Below, in pieces: positions 12,691-25,059 of a DNA stretch of 64,000 bases; the first letter of the stretch is position 1, and each line of letters begins with the position of its first letter. Source of the stretch: Mobula hypostoma (Eukaryota); NCBI RefSeq assembly GCF_963921235.1, contig NC_086108.1, positions 58,592,001 through 58,656,000 on the forward strand, read 5' to 3'. The notes beneath the pieces were generated by a model. That model was given only the letters and a program-made list of their open reading frames with translations, had not been told where the DNA came from and made no database searches. The translations under genes were made by a program, and so were the position numbers.

Positions 12691-13514
12691 TCCTTGGATT
12701 TAGTGCATCAAAAATATGCAATACCCAGATTCTGTGCATCGTACTTTTTACTTCAGAGTCTAAACTTAAAAGTTGACAATTTAAATTTTCAATGATAAAG
12801 GTATACCTGAATAAGCAATTCTTATGGAATCTGGTTTTACTGAAATACAAAAAAAGGGAATTTGCAGACTTCCCACTCAAAGCAAACAAAGGCAACTCGA
12901 AGATTACAATTGCAGCCTTGAAAATATTGCTTTTTTTGATGGAAAGGAACAGCTTGGCACAGAAGCAATATTAAGCCCCTTGGGGCACATTTGACAATAG
13001 GAGAGAGGCTGGAGTATCATTTGATATTCAAAGTATAATGATGTCAAAAGCATCAACATGAAAGAATAAATCTGGAATAATCAAATATAAGGAGGTCAGG
13101 AATCAAGTTTCAAATAATTAAAGCAATTTTATTTATGATGGACTAGAAAATTACAGATTGCACAGAAAGTTATATTTGCTGAATGTAAAAGCCAATATTG
13201 CTGTTTTAAAGGACCCTTGCTGCAGTAAGAATGTTTACCTTTTTAATCAGTTCCCCTGAAAACCAGTTTACTCAATACACCACAAAATATTAAATCAAAT
13301 CATTTTGGATTCTTCCTGAATGATCAACCAATTAGTGGCCAGACTAATGCAAAAGAAAATTGTCCAAGTTCATTGAACTTTGGGTGTACCATTTACGGTG
13401 TACAATCCATTAAGTGAATGCAATTGCAAAAGTCAGTTTATGACAACTAAAATGTAGGAAAATCAAAAATCAAAAAACATTATTAGACAATATTTGAGTG
13501 TTTTAACCTACTCA

Positions 13515-13705
13515 CTTTCCCCCTTGCCTGGTTTCACCTATCACCTGCCAGCTTGTGCATCTCCCCCTCCTCCACCTTCTTATACTGGCTTCTGCCCTCT
13601 TCCTTTCCAGTCCTGATGGAGGGTCTTGGCCTGAAATGCTAACTGTTTATTTGTTCCATAGATGCTACTTGACCTGCTGAGTTCCTCCAGCATTTTGTGC
13701 ACTAC
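13515..13705 (+). mobile_element. Penelope pLTR fragment with a degenerate hammerhead core
   Basis: cagtc-ctgatgg-agggtcttggcct-gaaatgct..., then gatgctacttgacctgctgagttcctccagcattttgtg. Confidence 0.7.
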
Positions 13706-14164
13706 TTTAATGTTGTTACTTTTTACAATATTTGTCAGTAGATAGCCAATGACGTGACTTGAAGACAACTAATTGCAATTATAGTGCAATCCAATTTAGT
13801 GACTTACGTATAGGAGTAGATTTACTGAGTAAGTTGATTGCACAGCTCATAGACACTGTCGACGTAAGTAGTGTTGCTTCAAAGTGCTTAGCTCTAGTTG
13901 GTAGTGCCTAGTAAAAAAGTTTGGCTTGTGAGTTTCACATGTATCAGATAGACACATATCTTCTAAAGTTCAAAAAATTAAAGTTCAAAGTTAATTTATT
14001 ATCAAAGTACAAAAACATTACAATTACTTCCCTGAGATTCGGTCTTCTGTGGGCATTCACAGTAAATACAAAGAAGCACAATAGAATCAATGAAAAGCCA
14101 CACATGACAAAGACAGAAAAACAACCAATGTAGAAAAAACAGCAAGCTGTGCAAATACAAAACA

Positions 14165-15190
14165 ATGGAAAGAAATGGATCCATCAGGCAGAGGCAGTGT
14201 GGATTCAGTAAAGGCAAGTCCTGTTTGACAAATGTACTGCAGTTCTGTGAGGATATAATGAGCACAGTGAGTAGAGGGGAACAGATGGACACTATTTACA
14301 TGGATTTCCAGAAGGCATTCAATAAAGTGCTATATAAAAGACTTATCCATAAGATAAGGTTGCATAGAATTGTATTAGCATGGATAGGGGATTGGTTAAC
14401 TGACAGAAAGTAGAGAGTTGGGATACATGGGTGTTACTCTGGTTGGCAATCAGTGAGTGGTGTGCTGCAGGGATCGGTGCTGGGCCCGCATCTGTTCACG
14501 ATATACATTAACGGTCCAGAAGAGGGGACCAAGTGTAGTGTATCTAAGTTTGCTGATGATTCTAAATTGAGTGGAAAAGCAAATTGTGCAGAAGATTTAA
14601 ATAGGTTAAGTGTGTGGGCAAGGGTCTGCCAGATGGAGTACAATGTTGGTAAACGTGAGGTCATCCACTTTGGAAGGAAGAATGAAAGAGGAGATTATTA
14701 TTTAAATAGTAAAAAAGATTGCAGCATGCTGCTGTGCAGAAGGACATGGGAGTGCTTGTGCATGAATCACAAAAGGTTGGTTTGCAGGTGCAGCAGACTA
14801 TCGAGAAGGCAATTGGAATGTTGGCCTTCATTGCCAGAGGGATTGAATTCAAGAGTGGGAGGTTACGCTGCAACTGTACAGGGCACTGGTGAGGCTGTAC
14901 CTAGAGTACTACGTGCAGTTCTGGTCTCCTTTCTTGAGGAACGATATACTGGGTTTGGAGGTGGTGCAGATGAGGTTCACCAAGTTGATTCCAGTGATGA
15001 GGCCATTAGACTATGAGGAGAGATTGAGTCTGCGACGGTACTCACTAGAATTTTTCAGAATAATGAGAGGAGATCTTATAGAAACTTACAAAACTATGAA
15101 AGGGATAGATAAGATAGAGGCGGGAAGGTTGTTTCCACTGTAGGTGAGACTAGAACTAGGGGACATAGCCTCAAGTTTCGGGGGAGTAGA
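14165..15190 (+). mobile_element. CR1 RT fragment
   Basis: ORFs 14165-14413, 14453-15016 and 14889-15143: GKSCLTN, DFQKAF, GVLQGSVLGP, FADD. Confidence 0.88.
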
Positions 15191-16351
15191 ATTGCTCAAT
15201 TGAACACAAAAAACACCAATTTTATTTATCCTTTATGGAACGTATTTTCAAAGTACAAGGAAAAAAAGATGAAAATATATTTCAAATTGTAGAGAAAAAA
15301 TCACAACAATGAAATATTAACATCAGATCAGCTAATTTTAAGGATGTATTAAACTGCAGATGCTGCATTTTATTGCTTGAGGTATATTGACAAACTTAAT
15401 GGTCCACTGGGACATAAATGGATTAGCTTGAATAGAATCAATTAATGTTGGAAAGGAAACACATATTTTTCCAGAACAGCCAGAAACATGATTAAAAAAA
15501 AGATTGTTCAGAAGGGTGGATCTCTGTTTAAATTATGACATGTAGAGAAACCTAGGGCTGTTTTTCCTAATAAACAATTCCCTTGACTGATACCTCCCCT
15601 TACCCATAATCAATCACATAGGTAGAATGCTGAAAAGCTAGACCTCCAGGATAGTAATCTCAGGATTGCTGCCTGTGCTACGCGCCAGTGAGAGTAAAAA
15701 TAGGATGATTTGGCAGATGAACATGTAGCTGTTGAAATGGTGCAGGGGAGAAGGTTTCAGATTTGAGGATCTTTGGGATCTCTTCTGGGGAAAAGAACAT
15801 GTTACTCCTGACCCTGAGGAGGACCAATATCCTGGTGGACAGGTTTGCTAGAGCTCCTGGGGAAGATTTAAACTGATTTGGCTGGGAGATGGCAACCGGA
15901 ATGATAGGGCTGAAGATGGGGCAGTTGGTATACAAGTAGAAGTGTAACATGGGAGCAAAATCAAAAAGCATGATTAATACAGGGATGAAGGTGTCATATT
16001 TTTAATGCATACGGTACATAGAAAAAGGTAGGTAATCTTGAAGAACAATTAGAGATGGGCAGGTGTGATGTCTGGGCATCACTGAGTTCTGGCTGAGGGA
16101 AAGCCATAGTTAGGAATTAAACATCCAAGGATACACCTTGTAACAAAAGGACAGGCAGGAAGGCAGAGGGAAGGGTTGGATCTGTTGGTAAAAGTTGAAA
16201 TCTAATCCTTAGAGGTGACAAAGAATCAGAAGATGTAGAAACCTTGCGGGTAGAGTTAAGAAACTGCAAGGGTAAAAAGACCTTGAAGGGAGTTGTATAC
16301 AGGCCACCTAGTAATAGCCAGGTTGTGGGATACAAACTAAAACAGGAGATA

Positions 16352-16593
16352 CAGTACTGTGCAAAAGTCTTAGGCATACATACATAGCTAGAGTGCCCAA
16401 GACATTTACACAGTACTGTATAGTGATTAAAACAGGAAATGGTTGGGAAACAGAAATAAGAGTACTTAGCTTTGTTTTAGATCAATAGTATTAAGGGTTA
16501 TTTGGTAAATGGGAAGAGATAATATATAGTACTGTGCAAAAGTCTTCAGCACCCTAACTATATATATGTGCCTAACACATTTGCACAGGACTG
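16352..16593. mobile_element. Composite Tc1/mariner-type MITE: two 67-bp palindromic units in inverted orientation
   Basis: Units 16352-16418 and 16527-16593 each have cagtactgtgcaaaagtct-type termini. TA precedes the element, and the host CR1 sequence rejoins across it. Confidence 0.75.
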
Positions 16594-16635
16594 GAGAATA
16601 GGCATGTAAAAGGAGATTGTTATGATATGATATTG

Positions 16636-17258
16636 TTAGATTATGAAGACATGTAGTCCTCTTTTATTGTCATTTAGTAATTCTTGCATTAAGAAATGAT
16701 ACAATATTTCCTCTGGTGTGATATCAGAAAATATAGGACAGACCAAGACTGATAAAACTGACAAAACCACATAATTATAACATACAGTTACAACAGTGCA
16801 ACAATACCATAACTTGATGAAGAAGTCCATGAGCACAGTAAAGTTCAAAGTCTCTCAAATGTCCCACATCTCACGCAGACGGGAGAAGGAAGAAAAACTC
16901 TTCCTGCCATGCCGACCACAATCCGACTCTGAGTCATCCGAAAACTTTGAGCTCGGATCAGCTCTCCGACACCGAGTACTGAGCGCCATCTCTGTCCGAA
17001 CGATTCGACTTCCTTCTCGGTCACAAAAAGCAGGCAAGGCCAGGGATTTTGAGGCCTACCCTCCAAAAGATTCCTGACCATGCAGTAACGACAGCAGTGG
17101 ACGAGCGTTTCAGAAATTTCTCCAGATGTTCCTCTGTGCTTTCACGTTCATTCTCCATCAAATCAGAATTGTTATCGGCCCCTATTTAACAGATACGATA
17201 TCATTTTTCACTGGAGGGCTGTGCAGGCGCAGGTGCGCCACCATCTTCTCCTCCCGCC
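16636..17258 (-). mobile_element. Non-coding ~620-bp retroposon, copy 1
   Basis: Homologous over its full length to 23901-24562 and 51943-52556. Confidence 0.85.
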
Positions 17259-18514
17259 CATGATTTCAATATGGAGGTAGATTGGGAAAATCAGGTTGGT
17301 GCTAGATCCCAAGAGAGGGAATTTGTAGAATGCATATGAGATGGCTTTTTAGAGCAGCTTGCAGTTGAGCCCAGTAGGGAAAGGCAATTCTGGATTGAGT
17401 ATTGTGTAATGAAACAAATTTGATTAGGGAGCTTAAGGTAAAGAAACCCTTAGGAAGCAGTGATCATAATATGATAGAATTCTCCCTGCAGATAAAGAGG
17501 GAGAAGATAAAGTCAGATATATCACTATTACAGTGAAGTAAATGAAATTACAGAGACATGAGAGGGGAACTGGCCTAAATTGAATGGAAGGGGACACTAG
17601 CAAGGATGATGGCAGAAAAGCAATGGCTGGAGTTTCTGGGGACATTTCAGAATACACAGATGAAGATGTATTCTAAAGGGAGGCTGAGGCAACGGTGACT
17701 GACAAAGAAAGTCAAAGACAGCATAAATGCAAAGGAGAGGGCATATAATATAGCAAAAATTTGTGAAAAATCAGAGTATTGGGAAGCTTTTAAAAACCAT
17801 CAGAAGGCAACTAAAAAGTTATAAGGAGAGAAAAGGTTATATATGAAGATAAGCTAGCCAATAATATAAAAGAGGATACCAAAAGATTTTTTCAGCAATA
17901 TATAAAGAATAAAAGAAGTGTGTGAAAGTATATCAGACCGCTGGAAAATGATGCTAGAGAGGTAGCAATGGGGGACAACGAATTGCTGGAGGAACTTAAG
18001 CATTTCGCAGTAGTCATCACTGTGGAAGACTCTAGCAGTATGCCAGAAAGTACTTGGGAAGATGAAAGGTTTGAAGGTATATAAATCATCTGGACCAGAT
18101 GGACTACACCCCAGGGTTTTGAAAGAGGTAGCTGCAGAGATTGTGGAGGCATTAGTAATGATCTTTCAAGAATCTCTAGAGTCTGGAATGGTTTCAGAGG
18201 ACTGGAAAATTGCAAATGTCACTCCACTCTTTAAGGATGGGAGAGAGGTAGAAGAGAAGAAATTACAATCCAGTTAGCCTGATATCGGAGGTTGGAATCC
18301 AATAAGGATGAGGTTTCAGGGTACTTGGAGGCACATGATAAAATAGGCCAAAGTCAGCTTGGTTTCCTTCAGGGGAAATCTTGCCTGAGAAATCTTTTGG
18401 AATTCTTCAAGAAAACAACAAACAAGATAGACAAAGGAGAGTCTGTGGATGTTGCTTACTTGGAATTTCAGAAGGTCCTTGATCAGATGCTGCTCATGAC
18501 GCTGCTTAACACCA

Positions 18515-19995
18515 TAAGGAATGGAGTAAGAAGCTGGCAATTGTTAAGCGGAAAAGGTAAAGGGCTAGAGAAGAAGGAATATAATAGGAAAGGGGAGTAG
18601 ACCATGGAAGGAGGGAAAGGAGGAGGTGCACATAGAAGAGATGATAGGAAATGTAGAAAAGGTAAGAGGCCAGAATGGGGAATAGAAGTTGGGGGGGAGG
18701 GGGGGAAATAACAGAAGTTGCAGTATCAATGTTCATGCCATCAAATTGGAGGCTATCTAGATAGAATAGGAGTTGTAGCTCTTCCAAACTAAGAGTGACC
18801 TCATCATAGTGGTAGAGGAGGCCATGGATTGACATGTCAGATGGGAATGGAGATAGGAATTAAAATTGTTGGTCACCGGGAAATCCCAGCTTTTGCAGAT
18901 GGAGCAGAGGTGCTCAACAAAGCAATCCCCAATCTATGTCGAGTCTCACCAATGCAGAGAAAGGCACAGAGGGAGCATCGACACAGCCGATGATCCAATC
19001 AGATTCACAGGTGAAATGTTACCTCATCTGGAAGGACTATTCGTGGCCCTGCATGGAGGTGAGGCAGGAGATGAATGGACAGGTGTAGTACTTCTGCTGC
19101 TTCCAGGGATAATTGCTAGGCGGGAGGTTAGTGGGGAGGAATGATAGACAAGGGAATCATGGAGACAGCAATCCCTGTGGAAAACAGAGAGTGTGTGGGG
19201 TGGTAACGATGTTTTTAGTGGTAGGATCCCATTGATGATGGCAATTTTGTGGAGAATTATGTGTTGGATGCAGAGGCTCATGAAGTGGAAGGTGAGGATA
19301 TTGGAAACTCTATCCCTCTTAAGGCAATGGGAAGATAGGATGAGCATGATGCACAGGAAGTGGAGGGTGAGGGCAGCATCAATGGTGGAGGAAGGTAAAC
19401 CCCACTCTTTGAAGGAGGACACCTCTGATATCTTGGGAAAGAAAGCTGCATCTGTGATGCAGCAGACAGAAAAGTACTGAGAAAAGGGGATGGCATTTTT
19501 ACAGGACAGGGTGGAAAGAGGATTAATCAAGATAGCCTTGGCAATTAGTAGGTATATAAAAAATATTGGTAGACGTTTTTCTCCAGAGATGGAGACAGAG
19601 AGATTGAGAAACAGGAAAGAGATGTCAGAAATGGACCAAGTGAATTTAAGGGCAGGGTGAAAGTTGGAGGCAGAGTTGATTTAATTAACAAGCTCAGTAT
19701 GGGTGCATGAAGAGCACTAGTGCAGTTGTCAATGTGTTGCAGGAAGAGTTGAGGGAGCATTACTGGGGAAGGCTTGGAACATGGACTGTTCCACATAGCC
19801 AACAAAAGGGCAGGCATAGCTGGGGCTCAGGCGGGTGGCATGGCTACACCTTGAGTTTGAAGAATGTGGGAAGAGCAGAAAAATAAAGAAAAGTTGTTGA
19901 GAGTGAAGACCAGTTCTGCCACATGGCGGAGGGTGGTAGTGGAAGGAAACTGCTCAGGTCTGTTGTTGAGAAAGAAGCAGAGAGCTTTGAGGGAT
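18515..19995 (-). mobile_element. Penelope-like element (decayed RT and GIY-YIG)
   Basis: ORFs 19024-19530 (CKNAIPFSQ) and 18506-18835 (MSIHGLLY...GMNID) are homologous to the element at 21210-23126. Confidence 0.88.
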
Positions 19996-21211
19996 AGAAA
20001 ACATTAATATTTTTGTATAATATTAATAATACCCAAAAATATTGTTGTGATTGAGATTATAATAGTGTACTCGCTATAATTATTGCTTAACATTTTCTCC
20101 AATAATTATTTCATTAGTGGGTGCTTCTTAAGATAATACTAATTTTTAAAAAAAATTAATGATATCTTATTTTCTTTCTTACGTACTTCCTAATTTCTTA
20201 TGTACTTTGTAGTTTTTATTTAATATTGGTAAAATCTTTAAAATATTATTTTAACATTATTCTTTCAATAATTGGTTTACTGCCAGTAAAGTTTGTTCAA
20301 TGTGATTAGCTGTTCAGCTTAGATAAATACATTATGGTTGCAGGATTGCTGAGATCACCTGGAATGTGGCATCAAATGCAAAAAATTATATAGACAGTAG
20401 TAAATTTAATCTACTAACTAAATTAATTCCATTGAAATATCTAAATATTTGTGAAGTTTGTTTTCTTAAATGGCATACACTACTATTTTGTCACTGATCT
20501 CAAAATAGGGGAAAGAATTGCACGCAAGATGGGATTCTGGGATGACGGATTGAATGCTTTATATCTTTGAATTAAATCCTGCAAAAATACTTACAGAATA
20601 ATATTCCCTCCTTACAGATCAGAAGCTGAACTGAAAAGCAAGCATAAATTCCAAATATTAAGCAGAGGATAAAAGAAAGTTTCTTCAGCAAACATTGATT
20701 GTTTATTCCTGTTCATAGATGCTGACTGACATGCTGTGTTCCTCCAGTATTTCGTGTGTGTTGTTCTTCATTATTCTTTTGTGTTCAATATGTAAAAATG
20801 AACTCACACCACATGCAGTTTCTCCAAAGTTAGGAAATGTGGGCATAAATGTACATTTTCTCTTCTTCACCAGTTTATATTTCTACCAGAATGTTCCAGT
20901 TCCAGTCTGGTAGAATGACTCTCCAGTTGTCAGTAGTCACCCATTAGAGAAATTAAAATTCTCCTGCTTTACATTGTTGTTAATTTGACTATCTCCAATG
21001 TTTACTATACTTTCTCCTTTATGTGATATTGACTTGTAAACAGTGTAACATTACCCTCTGCCAATGTTTAACAAGATACAAATGACTTTGTACTATCTTG
21101 TTATCCTGAGTGATAATATATCAGTGTTTTTCATAATTATCCAACAACTGTATAAGAATGCCAATTTTAATCAATTTAAGAAAATAATGTAATATAGACA
21201 TAATTTAATGA

Positions 21212-22736
21212 CCTATTGTCTCAGCTTGCTCCTGCCCCACCGAACTCATTTCTGCATACCTCGACACTGTTTTATCACCCCTTGTTCAATCCCTTCCGAC
21301 CTATGTTCGTGACACTTCTCACGCTCTTAAACTTTTCGATGATTTTAAGTTCCCTGGCCCCCACCGCTTTATTTTTACCATGGATGTCCAGTCCTTATAT
21401 ACTTCCATCCCCCATCAGGAAGGTCTCAAAGCTCTTCACTTTTTTTTGGATTCCAGACCTAATCAGTTCCCCTCTACCACCACTCTGCTCCGTCTAGCGG
21501 AATTAGTCCTTACTCTTAATAGTTTCTCCTTTGGCTCCTCCCACTTCCTCCAAACTAAAGGTGTAGCTATGGGCACCCGTATGGGTCCTAGCTATGCTTG
21601 CCTTTTTGTTGGGTTTGTGGAACAATCTATGTTCTGTGCCTATTCTGGTATCTGTCCCCCACTTTTCCTTCGCTACATCGACGACTGCATTGGCGCTGCT
21701 TCCTGCACACATGCAGAACTCGTTGACTTTATTAACTTTGCCTCCAACTTTCACCCTGCCCTCAAGATTACCTGGTCCATTTCCGACACCTCCCTCCCCT
21801 TTCTAGATCTTTCTGTCTATGTCTCTGGAGACAGCTTATCCACTGATGTCTACTATAAGCCTACTGACTCTCACAGCTATCTGGACTATTCCTCTTCTCA
21901 CCCTGTCTCTTGCAAAAACGCCATCCCCTTCTCGCAATTCCTCCGTCTCCACCGCATCTGCTCTCAGGATGAGGCTTTTCATTCTAGGACGAGGGAGATG
22001 TCTTCCTTTTTTAAAGAAAGGAGCTTCCCTTCCTCCACTATCAACTCTGCTCTTAAACGCATCTCCCCCATTTCACGTACGTCTGCTCTCACTCCATCCT
22101 CCCGCCACCCCACTAGGAATAGGGTTACCCTGGTCCTCACCTACCACCCCACCAGCCTCTGGGTCCAACATCTTATTCTCTGTAACTTCCGCCACCTCCA
22201 ACGGGATCCCACCACTAAGCACATCTTTCCCTCCCCCCCCTCTGCATTCTGCAGGGATCGCTCCCTACACAACTCCCTTGTCCATTCGTCCCCCCCATCC
22301 CTCCCCACTGATCTCCCTCCTGGCACTTATCCGTGTAAGCGGAACAAGTGCTACACATGCCCTTACACTTCCTCCCTTACCACCATTCAGTGCCCCAAAC
22401 AGTCCTTCCAGGTGAGGCAACACTTCACCTGTGAGTCGACTGGGGTGATACTGCGTCCGGTGCTCCCGATGTGGCCTTTTATATATTGGCGAGACCCGAC
22501 GCAGACTGGGAGACCGCTTTGCTGAACATCTACGCTCTGTCCGCCAGAGAAAGCAGGATCTCCCAGTGGCCACACATTTTAATTCCACATCCCATTCCCA
22601 TTCTGACATGTCTATCCACGGCCTCCTCTACTGTAAAGATGAAGCCACACTCAGGTTGGAGGAACAACACCTTGTATTCCGTCTGGGTAGCCTCCAACCT
22701 GATGGCATGAACATCGACTTCTCTAACTTCCGCTAA
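21212..22736 (+). pseudogene. Penelope RT plus GIY-YIG endonuclease ORF with a single frameshift
   Basis: Open from 21212. A 2-bp loss near 22449 (gtgata[ta]ctgc) breaks the frame. Restoring it gives GVIYCVRCSRCGLLYIGETRRRLGDRFAEH...GMNIDFSNFR*, with the stop at 22734-22736. Confidence 0.9.
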
Positions 22737-23028
22737 GGCCCCACCTCCCCCTCGTACCCCATCTGTTACTCATTTTTATGCACACATCCTTTCTCTCACT
22801 CTCCTTTTTCTCCCTCTGTCCCTCTGAATATACCTCTTGCCCATCCTCTGGGGCCCCCCCCCCGTCTTTCTTCCCGGACCTCCTGTCCCAAGATCCTCTC
22901 ATATCCCCTTTTGCCTATCACCTGTCCAGCTCTTGGCTCTATCCCTCCCCCCCCCCGTCTTCTCCTATCATTTTGGATCTCCCCCTCCCCCTCCAACTTT
23001 CAAATCCCTTACTAACTCTTCCTTCAGT

Positions 23029-23066
23029 TAGTCCTGACGAAGGGTCTCGGCCTGAAACGTCGACTG
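23029..23066 (+). ncRNA. Minimal type I hammerhead ribozyme motif in the Penelope pLTR
   Basis: UAGUC-CUGACGA-AGGGUCUCGGCCU-GAAA-CG-UC^GACUG, with a GUC triplet at the predicted cleavage site (after 23061). Confidence 0.8.
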
Positions 23067-23900
23067 CACCTCTTCCTATAGATGCCGCCTGGCCTGCTGC
23101 GTTCACCAGCAACTTTGATGTGTGTTGATTTTATGCTTAATGTTAGCTTTTGACTGCATTGCCCTCCAGAAATTTGACCGCCAATAGAAATTCACCTGCA
23201 TCAAGAAAATATGAAAGCCATCATCCTAACTAATGGATCTGAAAAAGAGCAAACCTCAATGAAGATAGAACATAAAACAGAACATCACAGAAACAGGCCC
23301 TTCTGCATACAGTGCCGTGCTGAACTAATTAAATCGGTAATCAAACGCCCAACTAAACTAATCTCTTTTGACATATCCTTCCATTTCCTGCACATTTATG
23401 TGCCTATTTCAGAACCTCTTGAACATTTCAATTCAGTTCAAGTTTAATTGTCATTCAACCATACATGAATACAGCCAAATGAAACAGTGTTACTCTGGGG
23501 CCAGGGTGTAAAACACAGTACCACAGCACAAAGCACATGCAACATAGCAAGCACATGAAAGATATCAGTAAAATACAGCCACCCAAATAAAAAGTCCAGA
23601 CCCTGAGTCCATGAATGCCACAGAAATGTGCAGTCAACCACAATACAGATTGCCTTCTGCCAAGAAAGCACTGGGGAGTGGCATCAACTTCAGCCAGATG
23701 CCGTGTCACAAACTCCAGCCTGGACGCCATGCCACATTGCTCCTAGTGGAGCACATTGGCTCTGACACCTCTGTCCTGGAGGCTGTAAACAGGCAACACT
23801 ATGGCTTTAGGCCTAATCCTTGCTATGACCGAGACCACATAGCCCCCTCACCATCAGCCCCTGATGTCTGCCAGTAAATTAGTGAATTGAACTTGCAGAG

Positions 23901-24562
23901 TTAGATTATGAGGACACTCAGTCCTCGTTTATTTTCATTTAGAAATGCATGCATTAAGAAATGCCACAATGTTCCTCCAGTATGATATCACAGAAACACA
24001 AGACAGACCAAGACTAAAACTGACAAAAAACACATAATTATAACATATAGTTACAACAGTGCAAAGCAATACCATAATTTGATAAAGAGCAGACCATGGG
24101 CACGGTAAAAAAAAGTCTCAAAGTCCCGATAGCCCCATCATCTCACGCAGACGGTAGAAGGAAGAAAAACTCTCCCTGCCATGAACCTCCAGCGCCGCAA
24201 ACTTGCCGATGCAGCACCCTGGAAGCACCCGACCACAGCCGACTCTGAGTCCGTCCGAAAACTTCGCGCCTCCGACCAGCCCGCCGACACCGAGCACCAT
24301 CTCTGCCAAACGCTTTGAACTCGGCCTTGGCCGCCAAACAACAGGCAAAGCCGAGGATTCAGGGCCTTCCCCTCTGGAGATTCTGGATCGCACAGTAGCA
24401 GCGGCAGCGAAACAGGCATTTCAGAAGTTTCACCAGATGTTCCTCCGTGCTTCTCACGTCCATCTCCATCAAATCGGGATTGTTCATGGCATCCTACTTA
24501 ACAGATAACAGTTATTCATTCCGGAGTGGCCGCTGCACGCTGCATTGCGCCGCCATCTTCTC
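23901..24562 (-). mobile_element. Non-coding ~660-bp retroposon, copy 2 (diverged subfamily)
   Basis: Starts gagaagatggcggcg and ends gaggactgagtgtcctcataatctaa on the minus strand. Confidence 0.85.
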
Positions 24563-25059
24563 TTTAGTTCTACATTAACAATGTCCAAAAGGGTCTTGCA
24601 ATCAGAAGAAAAGTGACTGAGACACTCACTCGCTGTCAGACTGCACACCTCCTTCCCACACCAACTCCTCCGATGCCTCTCTGACGCAAGCAGCAGCACA
24701 ATCTGCAACAAGTCCAGCCCCTTCAGTTTCTCCACCAATAAGCAACTCGCTGATGGGATAGACCTGCAGTACTTTAAGTTCCTAATGTCCAGCAGGAACA
24801 TGCGATCATAAAAAAGAAGTTTAAAAAGGACAGCAGTGCCCTTTGTTGACCTGGTAGAAGACACTGTGATTGAACATGCTGCCATCTTAGTGGAAGTATC
24901 TTACCTATCACACTTAACACCACCATCTCAAGCAGTGCTTTCCGGGCAGCCACCACTCCGAGCCTTGCACATCCTGTTTGAACTTACTCCCTCTCACCTT
25001 AAAGCATGTCCTCTGGTATTATTCACTTCAATTCAGATTCTTCCCCAACCAGAAGCCCT

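Larger units (their letters stand above)
15620..18515 (+). mobile_element. CR1 LINE (ORF1 end, endonuclease, RT start) with nested insertions
   Basis: ORF1 end TNILVDRFARAPGEDLN*; VYRPP at ~16293-16310; GPDGLHPRVLKE; GKSCL. Interrupted at 16352-16593 and 16636-17258, and cut by a Penelope element. Confidence 0.85.
21210..23126 (+). mobile_element. Penelope-like retroelement, 5'-truncated, young
   Basis: RT motifs DVQSLYTSIP, QTKGVAMG, RYIDD; C-terminal GIY-YIG endonuclease; 3' pLTR with a hammerhead motif. Confidence 0.95.

Noticed and set aside
16636..16848. Similar small ORFs here and at 51943-52152 as a conserved peptide
   Set aside because: The similarity reflects repeat copies; the ORF is not called in copy 2.
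21819..22415. 198-aa alternative-frame ORF in Penelope
   Set aside because: Pro/Ser/Leu-rich shadow of a C-rich coding strand, with no recognisable domain.
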